Source of the DNA: a cyanobacterium endosymbiont of Epithemia turgida isolate EtSB Lake Yunoko
GTDB lineage: Bacteria > Cyanobacteriota > Cyanobacteriia > Cyanobacteriales > Microcystaceae
DNA length: 32,000 nucleotides
Reading direction: 5' to 3'
NCBI RefSeq assembly: GCF_000829235.1
Contig: NZ_AP012549.1
Location: 2,580,001 to 2,612,000 of the forward strand
A program made the translations under genes and the position numbers. Positions 9,412 to 18,808 of this stretch are shown here, one piece after another (the first letter of the stretch is position 1; the number at the start of each line of letters is the position of its first letter). The notes under the pieces were generated by a model. It was not told the DNA's origin and searched no databases. It saw only the letters and a list, made by a program, of their open reading frames with translations.

Positions 9412-10335
9412 ATGACAGAAAAACCTCATCCAGTTTCCCGCAATAATTCTTATAAATCTAGAAAACCAACGATAAACAAAACAAAATCTTTATTGAGAAC
9501 AAATAGTTACCCTAAGGCTCTAGAGAAAGATGATGAAGTTAATGATCTAGTTTATGGTCGCCATTCTGTTCTCACCTCCTTAGAAAGTGGTCGCCAGTTA
9601 AATCGAATTTGGATTACGAACAAACTCCATTACGATACTCGCTTTCATTCCTTACTCCAAATAGCGAAAGCTAAAGGAACAGTAATTGATGAAGTTAACA
9701 TTCAACGCTTAAATCAAATTACTCACGGGGGAAATCATCAAGGAGTAGCAGCCCAAATTTCGCCTTATAGTTATCAAGATCTAGATGAGTTGATTTCTCA
9801 AGCCAAAGCTAGTACAGATAAACCGGTAATTATTATTGCCGATGGCATTGCTGATCCTCACAACCTCGGGGCAATCATCCGCACAGCTGAAGGGTTAGGA
9901 GCGCAGGGATTAGTGATACCCCAACGACGAGCAGCTGGAGTGACTTCTACTGTCACTAAAGTAGCTGCAGGGGCATTAGAATTCTTTCCTGTGGCTAGGG
10001 TTGTCAATCTAAGTCGAGCTTTAGAAACATTGAAAATGGCCGGTTTTTGGATTTATGGAACTACAGCTGAGGGAGGTAAACTATTACACAGTATAGAACT
10101 TCGAGGCGCGATAGGATTGGTGATAGGCTCTGAGGAAAATGGATTAAGTTTATTAACTCAACGCCTTTGCGATCAACTTATCTCTATTCCTTTAGAAGGA
10201 AAAACTCCAAGTTTAAACGTTTCTGTAGCGGCGGCTATTACCCTTTATGAGATCTATCGTCAACGTTGGTCAAGTAGGCTTTATCTAGGATCTGGACCGA
10301 ACTATAAAGTTAAGGAAATAAATTGTGACTCATAA
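9412..10335 (+). CDS. rlmB: SpoU/TrmH-family RNA 2'-O-methyltransferase, RlmB-like (23S rRNA Gm2251 type)
   Basis: 307 aa. It has an N-terminal substrate-binding-like region ([14 protein letters not shown]), the SpoU motifs [16 protein letters not shown] and IGSEENGLS, and the C-terminal knot motif [22 protein letters not shown]. Confidence 0.85.
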   Translation: MTEKPHPVSRNNSYKSRKPTINKTKSLLRTNSYPKALEKDDEVNDLVYGRHSVLTSLESGRQLNRIWITNKLHYDTRFHSLLQIAKAKGTVIDEVNIQRLNQITHGGNHQGVAAQISPYSYQDLDELISQAKASTDKPVIIIADGIADPHNLGAIIRTAEGLGAQGLVIPQRRAAGVTSTVTKVAAGALEFFPVARVVNLSRALETLKMAGFWIYGTTAEGGKLLHSIELRGAIGLVIGSEENGLSLLTQRLCDQLISIPLEGKTPSLNVSVAAAITLYEIYRQRWSSRLYLGSGPNYKVKEINCDS

Positions 10336-10585
10336 CTAACACACCATAAGGAATTAATTACTGGTTTGGTTTTCCGGAAAAAATCGGTACGAACCAGTTG
10401 TGAAGGTTATATCAAAGACTTACAATTTGAAGGAGTCCAGGAAATTAAAGTTATTGTTAAACGGTGTAGTCCAAGTAATTTAACGATTTTTAAAGGAAAG
10501 TATCCAACAATTTTAAGGGATGTCTCGTTTCAATCGTCAGTCCTCCTAAGTTGCTTTAATTCCCTACTTCAAAGTCTCCTAATTT

Positions 10586-11236
10586 TCAGGTGGGGTCTTT
10601 AGGGCTCATTGATTTTCTCAAGTGTTCAGTTAATCGCCGTAAAACTCCATTAATAAAACGATAACCATCATCGTCAGAATAACGCTTAGCCATTTCTACT
10701 GCTTCATTAATGGAGACTTTGCAAGGGACGTTGAGAAAAATAATCTCTGCCGCTGCTATTCTTAAAATATCTCGGTCAATTTTAGGCAAACGACTCAATT
10801 GCCAGTCTACAAGAACGGACTCAAGCTGCTGGTCGATCTCGAGTCGGCGGCGATAAACAGTTTCGATCAACTCCAATGTATATTCTCGCACCTCGTGTTG
10901 ACTCGAAAGCTGAATCATTTCAGGTAGTTCAATTGCATGAACTAGGCGGTTAATAGCTCCTTGAGCTAGTTCAATGGCTTCGGACACCATGGCTTTTGCA
11001 CTTTGAACATCAGCCGCTTGAGTCTCACTTTTTAGCAATCGTTTATGACTACGTGTTACCTCCGCTGCAGCGGTTTCTAAAATATCTTGTCCTTCAGTGG
11101 TTAAAGTACGAATTGCCACTAAGACTAAATTACTCAACTCTGTTTGTTCAAGTTTTTTGGAACTTCCCTTAATTTGACTGAGACTCAACAGGGCCAATTC
11201 ACGGGAGATTCGGCGAGGTTTCTGGTTAAAATGCAT
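10586..11236 (-). CDS. nusB: Transcription antitermination factor NusB
   Basis: NusB-like from [21 protein letters not shown] to the C-terminal [11 protein letters not shown] place the start at the internal ATG at 11236. The 39-codon upstream extension in the ORF track has no counterpart in NusB. Confidence 0.88.
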   Translation of the reverse strand: MHFNQKPRRISRELALLSLSQIKGSSKKLEQTELSNLVLVAIRTLTTEGQDILETAAAEVTRSHKRLLKSETQAADVQSAKAMVSEAIELAQGAINRLVHAIELPEMIQLSSQHEVREYTLELIETVYRRRLEIDQQLESVLVDWQLSRLPKIDRDILRIAAAEIIFLNVPCKVSINEAVEMAKRYSDDDGYRFINGVLRRLTEHLRKSMSPKDPT

Positions 11237-11400
11237 AGTTACGATGATATCAAAAGTCAAAAGTGGGAGAACAAGAAAAATTCCAAAGTGGACTGACTGT
11301 ACAATTGAACTCGCATCAATGGGCAATAGGCTCGTACTCAGGTATAAGGTCATGACAAACTATTAACCTAACCATGAACCGCACAGTTTATGGTCCCCAT

Positions 11401-12144
11401 TCATATCTTTTCGTCTTCCGTCGAAAAGGTATGAGCAGGTTCTTGAATAATGGGGTTTTCTAATGAAACTAACTTTTGATCATGAGATTGAGATAAGGTA
11501 ACTGAGACCGATGCTGTAGCATGAGGGCTGACTATACCGCCAGAAATCAGCACTTTAAAAGCATCTTCGATAGAAATGGATAAGTTAACTACATCATTTT
11601 CAGAAACAATAGCATACCACCCAGAGGTAGGATTAGGAGTTGTCGGAATAAAAACACTAAGCATTGGCTCATTAAGATGGGATTGCAATTGAGCACTCAA
11701 CGCTCCAGTGACAAAACCAATACTCCATACTCCTTGACGGGGGTACTCGATCATGACGACGCGGCGAAACTTACTTTTAGAATCCTTAAATAAGGTTTCT
11801 AGAATTTGTTGAAGAGTTTTATAAACAGCTCCAGCCAAGGGAATTGATTGTAAAATTCGTTCTCCTAAGTCCAACAACCAACGGCCTGCAATATTGCGAG
11901 CCATTAAGCCAATAATCAAAATACAGAGCAAAGGAACGGCTAATCCTACGAGTAAATTAAGACAGTAGCTCAAAATCGGATCAAGCCCGTCAAAAGGATT
12001 AAGCTGCTTAGGAATTTGCGTCAGCAAATTAACCACCCAGCTAGCAACAGTAATAGTTAGCCAAATGGCTGTTGCTAGAGGAATCACCACTAACAAACCG
12101 GCAATTAGATCATTTTTTAGATCTTGCTTGAAGCGTTGAAGCAC
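11401..12144 (-). CDS. DUF502-family membrane protein
   Basis: 247 aa. It has two N-terminal TM segments followed by the conserved core IPLAGAVYKTLQQI...RRVVMIEYPRQGVWSIGFVTG...VFIPTTPNPTSGWY, which is typical of DUF502. Confidence 0.8.
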   Translation of the reverse strand: MLQRFKQDLKNDLIAGLLVVIPLATAIWLTITVASWVVNLLTQIPKQLNPFDGLDPILSYCLNLLVGLAVPLLCILIIGLMARNIAGRWLLDLGERILQSIPLAGAVYKTLQQILETLFKDSKSKFRRVVMIEYPRQGVWSIGFVTGALSAQLQSHLNEPMLSVFIPTTPNPTSGWYAIVSENDVVNLSISIEDAFKVLISGGIVSPHATASVSVTLSQSHDQKLVSLENPIIQEPAHTFSTEDEKI

Positions 12145-12344
12145 GTCCGAAAACTCTTCAATAAGAAGGTAATTAATCCCACTTATAGTATCATAGTTTA
12201 TTCAGAGTTTAGGGTGCATTAATCTAATCAATCGTGCTGAGTCTAGTCATCGTAGGCTTTTTAAGAATTGCTGAAAAAATATTTTAGTCGGAAGAACAAA
12301 AGGATCATTGAAAATTTAGCTATGATGGTTTTTCTTCTTAAAAT

Positions 12345-13142
12345 TCAAGAATTTTTGCTCCCCATCATAACTTTCAATCCAATCCAGCCAACAGTACTAT
12401 AAACAATGGCTAGCATCAAACTACTTAACCCAATACGTAAACTTTGCTTAAGAGCTTGAGTTTTGGCTTTATTTTCGGCCTGTCTGCGTTGATCAACTAA
12501 CTGCTCTTCTAATTGTTTAGTCAACTCGTCAATGCGATTTTTGTATTCTATTGAATTTTGGGATAAATCCTGTAATTGTTCGAGTTGGGTACGTTGTTGT
12601 TGTAATTGTTCTAGCTGTTGAGTATTGAGGGATTGTCCTTGAACTTGTCCTGACTCAACTACTTGATTTAACTGTTGAATCTGTTGGCTAAGACGTTGAG
12701 GATTTTTAGATAGTTGATCGATTTGACTTAAAAAGGCTTGAATTTGGTCAGCCCCCTGTCCAGCTCCTTGCTCAATTTGATTAAGGGCATTGACTTTGGC
12801 TTCATTAAGATTATTGAGATGAAGCGGAACAATTAACAAAAACATTAGTCCCATGATGGTAGCCAGGACATAAATAGGGACTCGTAGATCGAATTCAGCG
12901 GATTTATGAAGATTAGCATCGTTTACGTTTTCGACAAAATATCCGACCAAAATCAACCCTATTCCCACTAAGGGAACGATTCCACGATCAACAATGCTTG
13001 TAATCAATCCAATTTGCCATTGAGAACTTTGCAAGTTTAGAGGAATAGCTAGAGTAATATAATCCAACAAGGAAGATAGGAGCAAAACTACTCCAATGAG
13101 TTTGAGCGAAAGAGAGGTAAAGGTACGGTTATTCATCGTCAT
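12345..13142 (-). CDS. Membrane protein with a Q-rich coiled-coil insertion. It resembles proteins annotated as HpsJ family in cyanobacteria (unverified)
   Basis: 265 aa. There are hydrophobic helices at both ends (LKLIGVVLLLSSLLDYITL..., ...LSSLMLAIVYSTVGWIGL). The central segment is rich in Q/L/E heptads (QQLNQVVESGQVQGQSLNTQQLEQLQQQRTQLEQLQ). Confidence 0.6.
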   Translation of the reverse strand: MTMNNRTFTSLSLKLIGVVLLLSSLLDYITLAIPLNLQSSQWQIGLITSIVDRGIVPLVGIGLILVGYFVENVNDANLHKSAEFDLRVPIYVLATIMGLMFLLIVPLHLNNLNEAKVNALNQIEQGAGQGADQIQAFLSQIDQLSKNPQRLSQQIQQLNQVVESGQVQGQSLNTQQLEQLQQQRTQLEQLQDLSQNSIEYKNRIDELTKQLEEQLVDQRRQAENKAKTQALKQSLRIGLSSLMLAIVYSTVGWIGLKVMMGSKNS

Positions 13143-13291
13143 TTGATCTACTTGGCTGTTGATGTATTTCAGTGGGGATTGATGAAAGAGGTTAAGCTAT
13201 ATTTGACAATAATAGAGTTCACCATCCATCATTAAGAGACAATTTAAACATCGAAAATAGCTACGGGATAATACCCTTTTTGGCAAACCCT

Positions 13292-13319
13292 TTCCCCCAA
13301 AATATATATTTTGGGGGAA
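13292..13319. repeat. 28-nt perfect palindrome TTCCCCCAAAATATATATTTTGGGGGAA
   Basis: Exact self-complementarity, checked base by base. It lies in the 483-bp spacer between two divergently transcribed genes (12345-13142 on the minus strand and pgl on the plus strand). In that position it cannot be a terminator for either gene. Confidence 0.7.
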
Positions 13320-13625
13320 TTGACAGATAAACTCTTCTCCTAACCATCCTGCGAAAACATTAGGTACAAATCTGTCAGGATAACAATCACTGTCAATATG
13401 ATAGTATTTTTAGTAGTCCAATTGGTCTGTGCCAAAACAGCTAATAACTGGGAACGGTTTTAAAATTCGAAGAAATTTGTTCCTCTCAGTTTTTTTAGGT
13501 TGACACTGCGTCTTGGTGAAATACCATCAAAAGATTATAGATCCGGTGTATCCTTATGCCTTCTGTCTAAAAACCTTACTCAGAAATAGTCTATATAGGT
13601 TACAGCTAAACACAATTTAAAAGCA

Positions 13626-14348
13626 ATGAAAAAATTAATTGAAGTCTTACCAAATGCAACTGCTCTCATTGAGAGATCGCTGTCTCTGACAGTGGAAAAA
13701 ATAACCAATGCCATTCAAAACAAAGAAAAATGTAGCCTCGCTCTATCTGGTGGCAACACTCCTAAAGCATTGTATGAAGCTTTAGCTAAACAATCTTTAC
13801 CTTGGGAAAAAATACATATTTTCTGGGGAGACGAACGTTATGTGAGTCGTGATCATTCAGACAGTAATCAACGGATGGCACGTCAAGCTTGGCTCAATCT
13901 AGTTCCTATTCCAGCAGAAAATATCCATCCCATGCCTACAGAGTCGGGTGATCCCTCTATTGATGCACAAACCCACGAAGCTGAATTAAGAGAGTTTTTC
14001 CAGGTTGTTCCAGGAGAGTTTCCCGCTTTAGATGTCGTATTACTTGGTATGGGGGATGATGGTCATACTGCTTCCTTGTTTCCTCAAACAGCAGCCCTCG
14101 ATGTTCGTGATCGCTTAATTACTGTGGGGAAGAAAGATGGACAACCTCGCCTAACGTTTACTATCCCCTTGATCAACAAAGCTCATTGTGTAATTTTTAT
14201 TGTGTCTGGCGAGAATAAACGTCCGGCTTTAGCTCAGATTATGGATCCTGAAGCTAATGACAAGACTTATCCCTCTCGTTTTATTAAGCCCCAAGGCGAA
14301 CTCTGGTGGTTACTCGATCAAGCAGCCGGGGCTGAACTAAAAAGTTAA
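13626..14348 (+). CDS. pgl: 6-phosphogluconolactonase
   Basis: 240 aa with the motifs LSGGNTPKALYEAL, WGDERYV and GMGDDGHTASLFP, which are diagnostic of the Pgl/DevB family. Confidence 0.93.
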   Translation: MKKLIEVLPNATALIERSLSLTVEKITNAIQNKEKCSLALSGGNTPKALYEALAKQSLPWEKIHIFWGDERYVSRDHSDSNQRMARQAWLNLVPIPAENIHPMPTESGDPSIDAQTHEAELREFFQVVPGEFPALDVVLLGMGDDGHTASLFPQTAALDVRDRLITVGKKDGQPRLTFTIPLINKAHCVIFIVSGENKRPALAQIMDPEANDKTYPSRFIKPQGELWWLLDQAAGAELKS

Positions 14349-14450
14349 AAGACCAATGATGACATCAGTTCGGTTTCGAAGTGAGCTAGGAGATCTCATA
14401 CGACAGTGATGAGGTTGTTCGCATTGTTATTCCCCAATTATTAATCGGTT

Positions 14451-15470
14451 ATGATCCCTGCTATTGTTATTGAGTCCCTAAAAAAAAATTATGGTACTCT
14501 TGAAGCGATTAAAGACATCTCCTTCAAAGTCCAACCAGGAGAGATTTTTGGCTTATTAGGTCCTAATGGATCGGGAAAAACCACTACTATTCGCTGTTTA
14601 TGTACTTTAGCTAAGCCTGATAAGGGTAAAATTGAAGTAGCGGGAATTTCCGTTCTTGAGTGCCCTAAAGCGGCCCGTCGTCGTTTAGGATATGTCGCCC
14701 AGGAAGTAGCCTTAGATCAAGTATTAACAGGACGAGAATTATTAGGACTGCAAGCCGCCCTTTATCATCTTCCCAAAAAGACAGCCCAAAATCGTATTGC
14801 TGAATTAATCAGCTTGCTGGACTTAGAAAACTACGCTGATCGCCAAACTGGAACTTATTCAGGAGGTATCCGTAAACGCCTAGATTTAGCGGCTGGTTTG
14901 CTTCATAGACCGGAGGTATTGGTGCTAGATGAACCCACCGTAGGGCTAGATATAGAAAGTCGTTTCATTGTTTGGGAATTTTTACGAAAATTACAACAAG
15001 CCGGCACAACTGTCTTAATTACTAGCCATTACCTTGAAGAGATTGATACTCTCGCTGATCGCTTAGCTATTATAAATCAAGGACAAGTTGTTGCTGAAGG
15101 GACTCCTTCTCAGTTAAAAAGTCGAGTGGGCGGCGATCGCGTTACCCTAAAAATTCGGGAATTTTCTCCAGCCGAAGAAGCCCGACAAGCTAAGACTTTA
15201 CTTCAAGATTTACCCTTTGTTGAAGAGGTGATAATTAATCACTGCCAAGGCAATTCTCTTAACCTTGTCGTGACGATAGGGAGTAATTGTTTAAGTCAAA
15301 TTGAACAATCTTTAATAAAGTCAGGTATACCTATTTTTAGCTTAGCTCAATCGCGTCCTAGTCTTGATGATGTCTACTTAGCAGCCACTGGTCAAACTTT
15401 GATGGATGCCCAATTGGAGTCCACCAGTATTCGAGATCTAAAGGCTGAGAAAAAACAACAAATGAAATGA
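14451..15470 (+). CDS. ABC transporter ATP-binding protein (ABC-2/DrrA-like subfamily)
   Basis: Walker A GPNGSGKTT, signature YSGGIRKRL, Walker B VLVLDEPTVGLD and an H-loop (TSHYL). It contains a HIP1 octamer at 15133-15140. Confidence 0.92.
   Translation: MIPAIVIESLKKNYGTLEAIKDISFKVQPGEIFGLLGPNGSGKTTTIRCLCTLAKPDKGKIEVAGISVLECPKAARRRLGYVAQEVALDQVLTGRELLGLQAALYHLPKKTAQNRIAELISLLDLENYADRQTGTYSGGIRKRLDLAAGLLHRPEVLVLDEPTVGLDIESRFIVWEFLRKLQQAGTTVLITSHYLEEIDTLADRLAIINQGQVVAEGTPSQLKSRVGGDRVTLKIREFSPAEEARQAKTLLQDLPFVEEVIINHCQGNSLNLVVTIGSNCLSQIEQSLIKSGIPIFSLAQSRPSLDDVYLAATGQTLMDAQLESTSIRDLKAEKKQQMK
15133..15140. repeat. HIP1 octamer GCGATCGC
   Basis: Exact match to the cyanobacterial Highly Iterated Palindrome 1, inside the ABC ATPase gene. 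Confidence 0.9.
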
Positions 15471-15636
15471 AGTTATTCTACTCTAAGAGTAGAAATTGAT
15501 CACCTTGGATTTAAATTCTACTTGCTTATTAAGACAGGCAATAGACAAGAGAAAAATGAGTTAATTGGGTTTCTAGGTACAAATTATATGTCAGCATATC
15601 AATTTTTAAATATTGTTATCAGTGAGGAATAACTAC

Positions 15637-16533
15637 ATGAGTCAAACTATGACCCCTTCTAAGGTCAAGTCTGTTTTATCTCCCAAAAAACAAAAAACAA
15701 CCACTATAGATGAAGACGGAAATATTTTCGGTGAATTTATTCAAGAAACCTTTGCAATGACAAAGCGTCTTTTTATTCAACTGCAACGTCGTCCATCAAC
15801 CTTGATTGCTGGTATTATTCAACCGCTTATGTGGTTAGTCTTGTTCGGTGCACTGTTTTACAATGCTCCTCAAGGGTTATTTGGAGAAGAGCTTAATTAC
15901 GCTAAGTTTCTTGCTCCTGGTATTATAGTTTTTACTGCTTTTTCAGGCGCATTGAATGCGGGTTTACCCGTGATGTTTGACAGAGAATTTGGTTTTCTCA
16001 ATCGTTTATTAGTCGCCCCATTGGCTTCTCGTTATTCGATTGTAGCCGCTTCTACCATCTATATAATCGCCTTGAGTTTAATCCAGACGGCAGTCACTGT
16101 GGGAGCTAGTGCAATTCTAGGAGCTAGTTTGCCAAGCTTAATTGGATTAGCTACAATTTCCCTGGTTGTTTTTTTTATAGTCTTAGGAGTAACGGGATTA
16201 AGTCTGGGACTAGCTTTTGCTTTACCAGGTCATATTGAATTGATCGCAGTAATTTTCGTGACAAATTTACCTTTATTATTTGCGAGTACTGCTTTGGCTC
16301 CTTTATCATTCATGGCAAAATGGTTACAAATAATCGTCAGTTTGAATCCTCTTACCTATGCCATTGAACCGATTCGTTATATTTACCTCAATAAAAATTG
16401 GTCTTTGAATAGTTTAGTCCTACAAACTCCTTGGGCGGACCTAAGTTTTGGATTGGTTTTATTTCTATTATTAGCCTTCAATGCGTTAATATTAGTAGCC
16501 ATTCAACCTTTGTTGCGTCGCCGTTTTGCTTAG
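15637..16533 (+). CDS. ABC-2 type transporter permease
   Basis: Six predicted hydrophobic segments, and a position directly after the ATPase gene. The start is moved to the ATG at 15637 (MSQTMTPSK), which has GAGGAA 7 nt upstream. The track start at 15613 is TTG. Confidence 0.85.
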   Translation: MSQTMTPSKVKSVLSPKKQKTTTIDEDGNIFGEFIQETFAMTKRLFIQLQRRPSTLIAGIIQPLMWLVLFGALFYNAPQGLFGEELNYAKFLAPGIIVFTAFSGALNAGLPVMFDREFGFLNRLLVAPLASRYSIVAASTIYIIALSLIQTAVTVGASAILGASLPSLIGLATISLVVFFIVLGVTGLSLGLAFALPGHIELIAVIFVTNLPLLFASTALAPLSFMAKWLQIIVSLNPLTYAIEPIRYIYLNKNWSLNSLVLQTPWADLSFGLVLFLLLAFNALILVAIQPLLRRRFA

Positions 16534-16587
16534 GGTAGTTTTGATTTAAGATGTTTAATGTTTGATTGTATGTAGAAGTGGGTCTTA

Positions 16588-16920
16588 ATGATGTCTATTA
16601 ACGTGCCTTTGAGACAATTATTTTCTATTTTAATTGGTTTGGGAACAGTAAGCGGAATTCCTCAGATAATATTAGCCCAGTCTGTTGATGTTATTAATGA
16701 GAAAAATGGTTATCAAAGTAACGAACAAGAGTCTACTGGGGAACTTGGTAATATTTTTAATCCAATGGATCTAATGCACCGTTCTAATTTACAGCGAAGT
16801 CGTAACGCCGGTGACTTTGCTGAGGATACGAATAATAATCTCAATAAAGCAGCTCAGGAATTTAAGCTAATCCAACAAAGAAAATTACAACAAGAATCTT
16901 CTGAACCTGTTTCTGATTAG
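16588..16920 (+). CDS. Small secreted/periplasmic hypothetical protein (signal peptide)
   Basis: 110 aa. The N-terminus LFSILIGLGTVSGIPQIILAQS looks like a cleavable signal peptide. The remainder is polar and Q/N/E-rich. Confidence 0.55.
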   Translation: MMSINVPLRQLFSILIGLGTVSGIPQIILAQSVDVINEKNGYQSNEQESTGELGNIFNPMDLMHRSNLQRSRNAGDFAEDTNNNLNKAAQEFKLIQQRKLQQESSEPVSD

Positions 16921-17000
16921 ACCAATAATTCACTCTAGTACTTATAGACTAGCTGTTACAAAACCGTAATAAATAGAAGCTGAAAGTCTTGTTTTTCAGA

Positions 17001-17060
17001 TTTTCTAAAACTCCAGAAAATTTGTCTTGATAGAGATCAGATCTTTGGAGTTTTAGAAAA
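17001..17060. repeat. Inverted repeat with 15-bp perfect arms and a 30-nt spacer
   Basis: TTTTCTAAAACTCCA (17001-17015) is the exact reverse complement of TGGAGTTTTAGAAAA (17046-17060). It lies 80 nt downstream of the 110-aa ORF, in the convergent spacer before pmbA. Confidence 0.5.
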
Positions 17061-17467
17061 CACTTATAATAAAGGTCTGGGAAATTACTAGCTGCTGATA
17101 TTAGCTACTAATTTATCATGTTCGGTCTAGGAGAGCCTTAACTCAATTCTACTAAACCCGTCATGTAAAGTTTTAATATTAATATTCTGAAAGCCTTAAT
17201 ATAGTTTGTTGGGTGGTAAGATTTTTTTTAGAATTATTAAGATTGGTTCAATACAAAAAGAGGTTAGTACGAATTTTTAGCTTATGACCAATGTTATTCT
17301 CAATATCTAAATTAAAATATGACAAAATTGACAATTATCTGAGATAGTAATAGTAACTGCCAACAACACTAAAACTACAATAGTTGTTTAAAAATAGCAG
17401 AAAAAAAGTTAGTTTACCTTTTCAGTGTTTTATGGATAAACTATCTCTTATGGCAAAAACCAATTAA

Positions 17468-18808
17468 TTATTCTCCAGTAACAGATAATTCATCAATCCA
17501 AACTCGCGGACAAATTCCCCCGGGAAGAACTTCTGCTTCAGACTCAATATAAATGATTGACTTTAATAAATCTTGTATATCTCCAGCTACCGTTGCCGCA
17601 TCAATACTGGCTAATTCTCCCTTATTGATTAACCAACCATCAAAGGGTAGAGAAAATGAGCCCTGTAAGGAATTAACTCCCGCATGAAGTGCCTGTAAAC
17701 GATCAATAAAGATAACTCCGTCTGATTCTTCTAAATTCAATTTTTGAGCATATTTTTCCGAAGCAAAAACATGATAAAAATGAGGACAAACTGTAACTTT
17801 TGAGCCAATACTTGCATGACCTGTAGGTTTTGCGTTCATTCTTTTTGCGGTTCCGGCACTGTGCAATAAACCCGACAGTACTCCATTAGTGATCAGTTCT
17901 ACACGACGAGTGGGAGTTCCTTCTCCGTCGAAAGTTTTTGTTACAACATTATGAGGATGAAGGGCATCATCACATAGGCACAGAAGGGGGGAAGCAATCT
18001 CTGTTCCTAGAGAATCTCGGGTAGCAAGACTTTGATTATCTAAAATATTTTGAGCATTGAAGATATTAGAAAAAGCATCAATCAAGCTCAAAAATGATGT
18101 AGGAGAGAGAACAATTCGATATTTACCTGATGGAACAGATTGATAGTTGATGTGACTAATTGTCTTGTCAATCACCTCTTTCAAACAGCCGTCAATGTCT
18201 AACTCCGGTAAGCTGTGACTAATTTTAACTGAACTAGCTCCTCTCGGTTTTCTACCCTCCTGCTCAGTACGACTGTAGAGGTAAATCGAAGAATAAGACC
18301 CTTCTTCTTGGCGAAGAGCTCCCTCACTGTTAAGATAGAACCGCGCTATACTCTCTTGAGATAAGCCATTGTAGGGAACTCCGATAATAGCTTGATGTGC
18401 TTCTAAAAGGTTTTTTTCAGCTTTGATTAAAGTACCAACAAGAGTAGGAACAGGTGCATGACTTACCAAATTATGGGATAACTTGGTAATAAGGTTTTTA
18501 GCTTCTGGACTGAACTCAGGAGCATTGTCTTCACTGCCCCATTCACTCGCTTCTCTAGCTGTTTCTAAGGCTAATTTGATGCCTTTATCGTCTATATCTG
18601 TGGTAGTTGTCACTCCAACTGTTTTCCTTTTATTCCACACACGAACAATAACGCTTGATCGGTTTGATGCTTGGACCTGTTTAAGTTCACCGCTATCAAC
18701 CTCGACACTAGTCTCGTCGATAGATAAACCATAAATATCATATTTATCGATTCCTAATTCTTTGGCACTTAATTGGGTGTACCCGGCAATCTTTTTAATA
18801 TTCAGCAT
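17468..18808 (-). CDS. pmbA: PmbA/TldE-family metalloprotease component (TldD/PmbA superfamily)
   Basis: About 446 aa with a full-length TldD/PmbA-family appearance (N-terminal ..SVEVDSGELKQVQAS..SVIVRVW; C-terminal GSFSLPFDGWLINKGE...). The start is placed at the ATG at 18808 (MLNIKK); the track start at 18823 is TTG. Confidence 0.8.
   Translation of the reverse strand: MLNIKKIAGYTQLSAKELGIDKYDIYGLSIDETSVEVDSGELKQVQASNRSSVIVRVWNKRKTVGVTTTTDIDDKGIKLALETAREASEWGSEDNAPEFSPEAKNLITKLSHNLVSHAPVPTLVGTLIKAEKNLLEAHQAIIGVPYNGLSQESIARFYLNSEGALRQEEGSYSSIYLYSRTEQEGRKPRGASSVKISHSLPELDIDGCLKEVIDKTISHINYQSVPSGKYRIVLSPTSFLSLIDAFSNIFNAQNILDNQSLATRDSLGTEIASPLLCLCDDALHPHNVVTKTFDGEGTPTRRVELITNGVLSGLLHSAGTAKRMNAKPTGHASIGSKVTVCPHFYHVFASEKYAQKLNLEESDGVIFIDRLQALHAGVNSLQGSFSLPFDGWLINKGELASIDAATVAGDIQDLLKSIIYIESEAEVLPGGICPRVWIDELSVTGE

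Noticed and set aside
10370-10381. Palindrome TTTTCCGGAAAA between rlmB and nusB as a bidirectional terminator
   Set aside because: It is a 12-nt palindrome with no loop and only a 2-bp GC core, which is too weak to call.
10366-10602. 78-aa ORF between rlmB and nusB
   Set aside because: It starts at TTG with no RBS, overlaps the nusB 3' end, and has a composition typical of spurious ORFs in a convergent spacer.
11237-11353. 39-codon N-terminal extension of nusB in the ORF track ([16 protein letters not shown]...)
   Set aside because: NusB homology starts at the internal Met ([19 protein letters not shown]). The hydrophobic extension has no counterpart in the family, so the start was moved to 11236.
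15476-15494. 8-bp hairpin TTCTACTC-TAA-GAGTAGAA just after the ABC ATPase stop
   Set aside because: The stem is short and no U-tract follows. The permease gene that follows is expected to be co-transcribed. It is not supportable as a terminator.
14451-18808. ABC-2 exporter + small signal-peptide protein + PmbA as a microcin/RiPP-like production-export system
   Set aside because: PmbA is on the opposite strand behind a 547-bp spacer. The 110-aa protein has an ordinary Sec-type signal peptide and no Cys/Gly/Ser-rich core or leader-peptide features. No modification enzymes are present. Each gene is a common housekeeping family in cyanobacteria.
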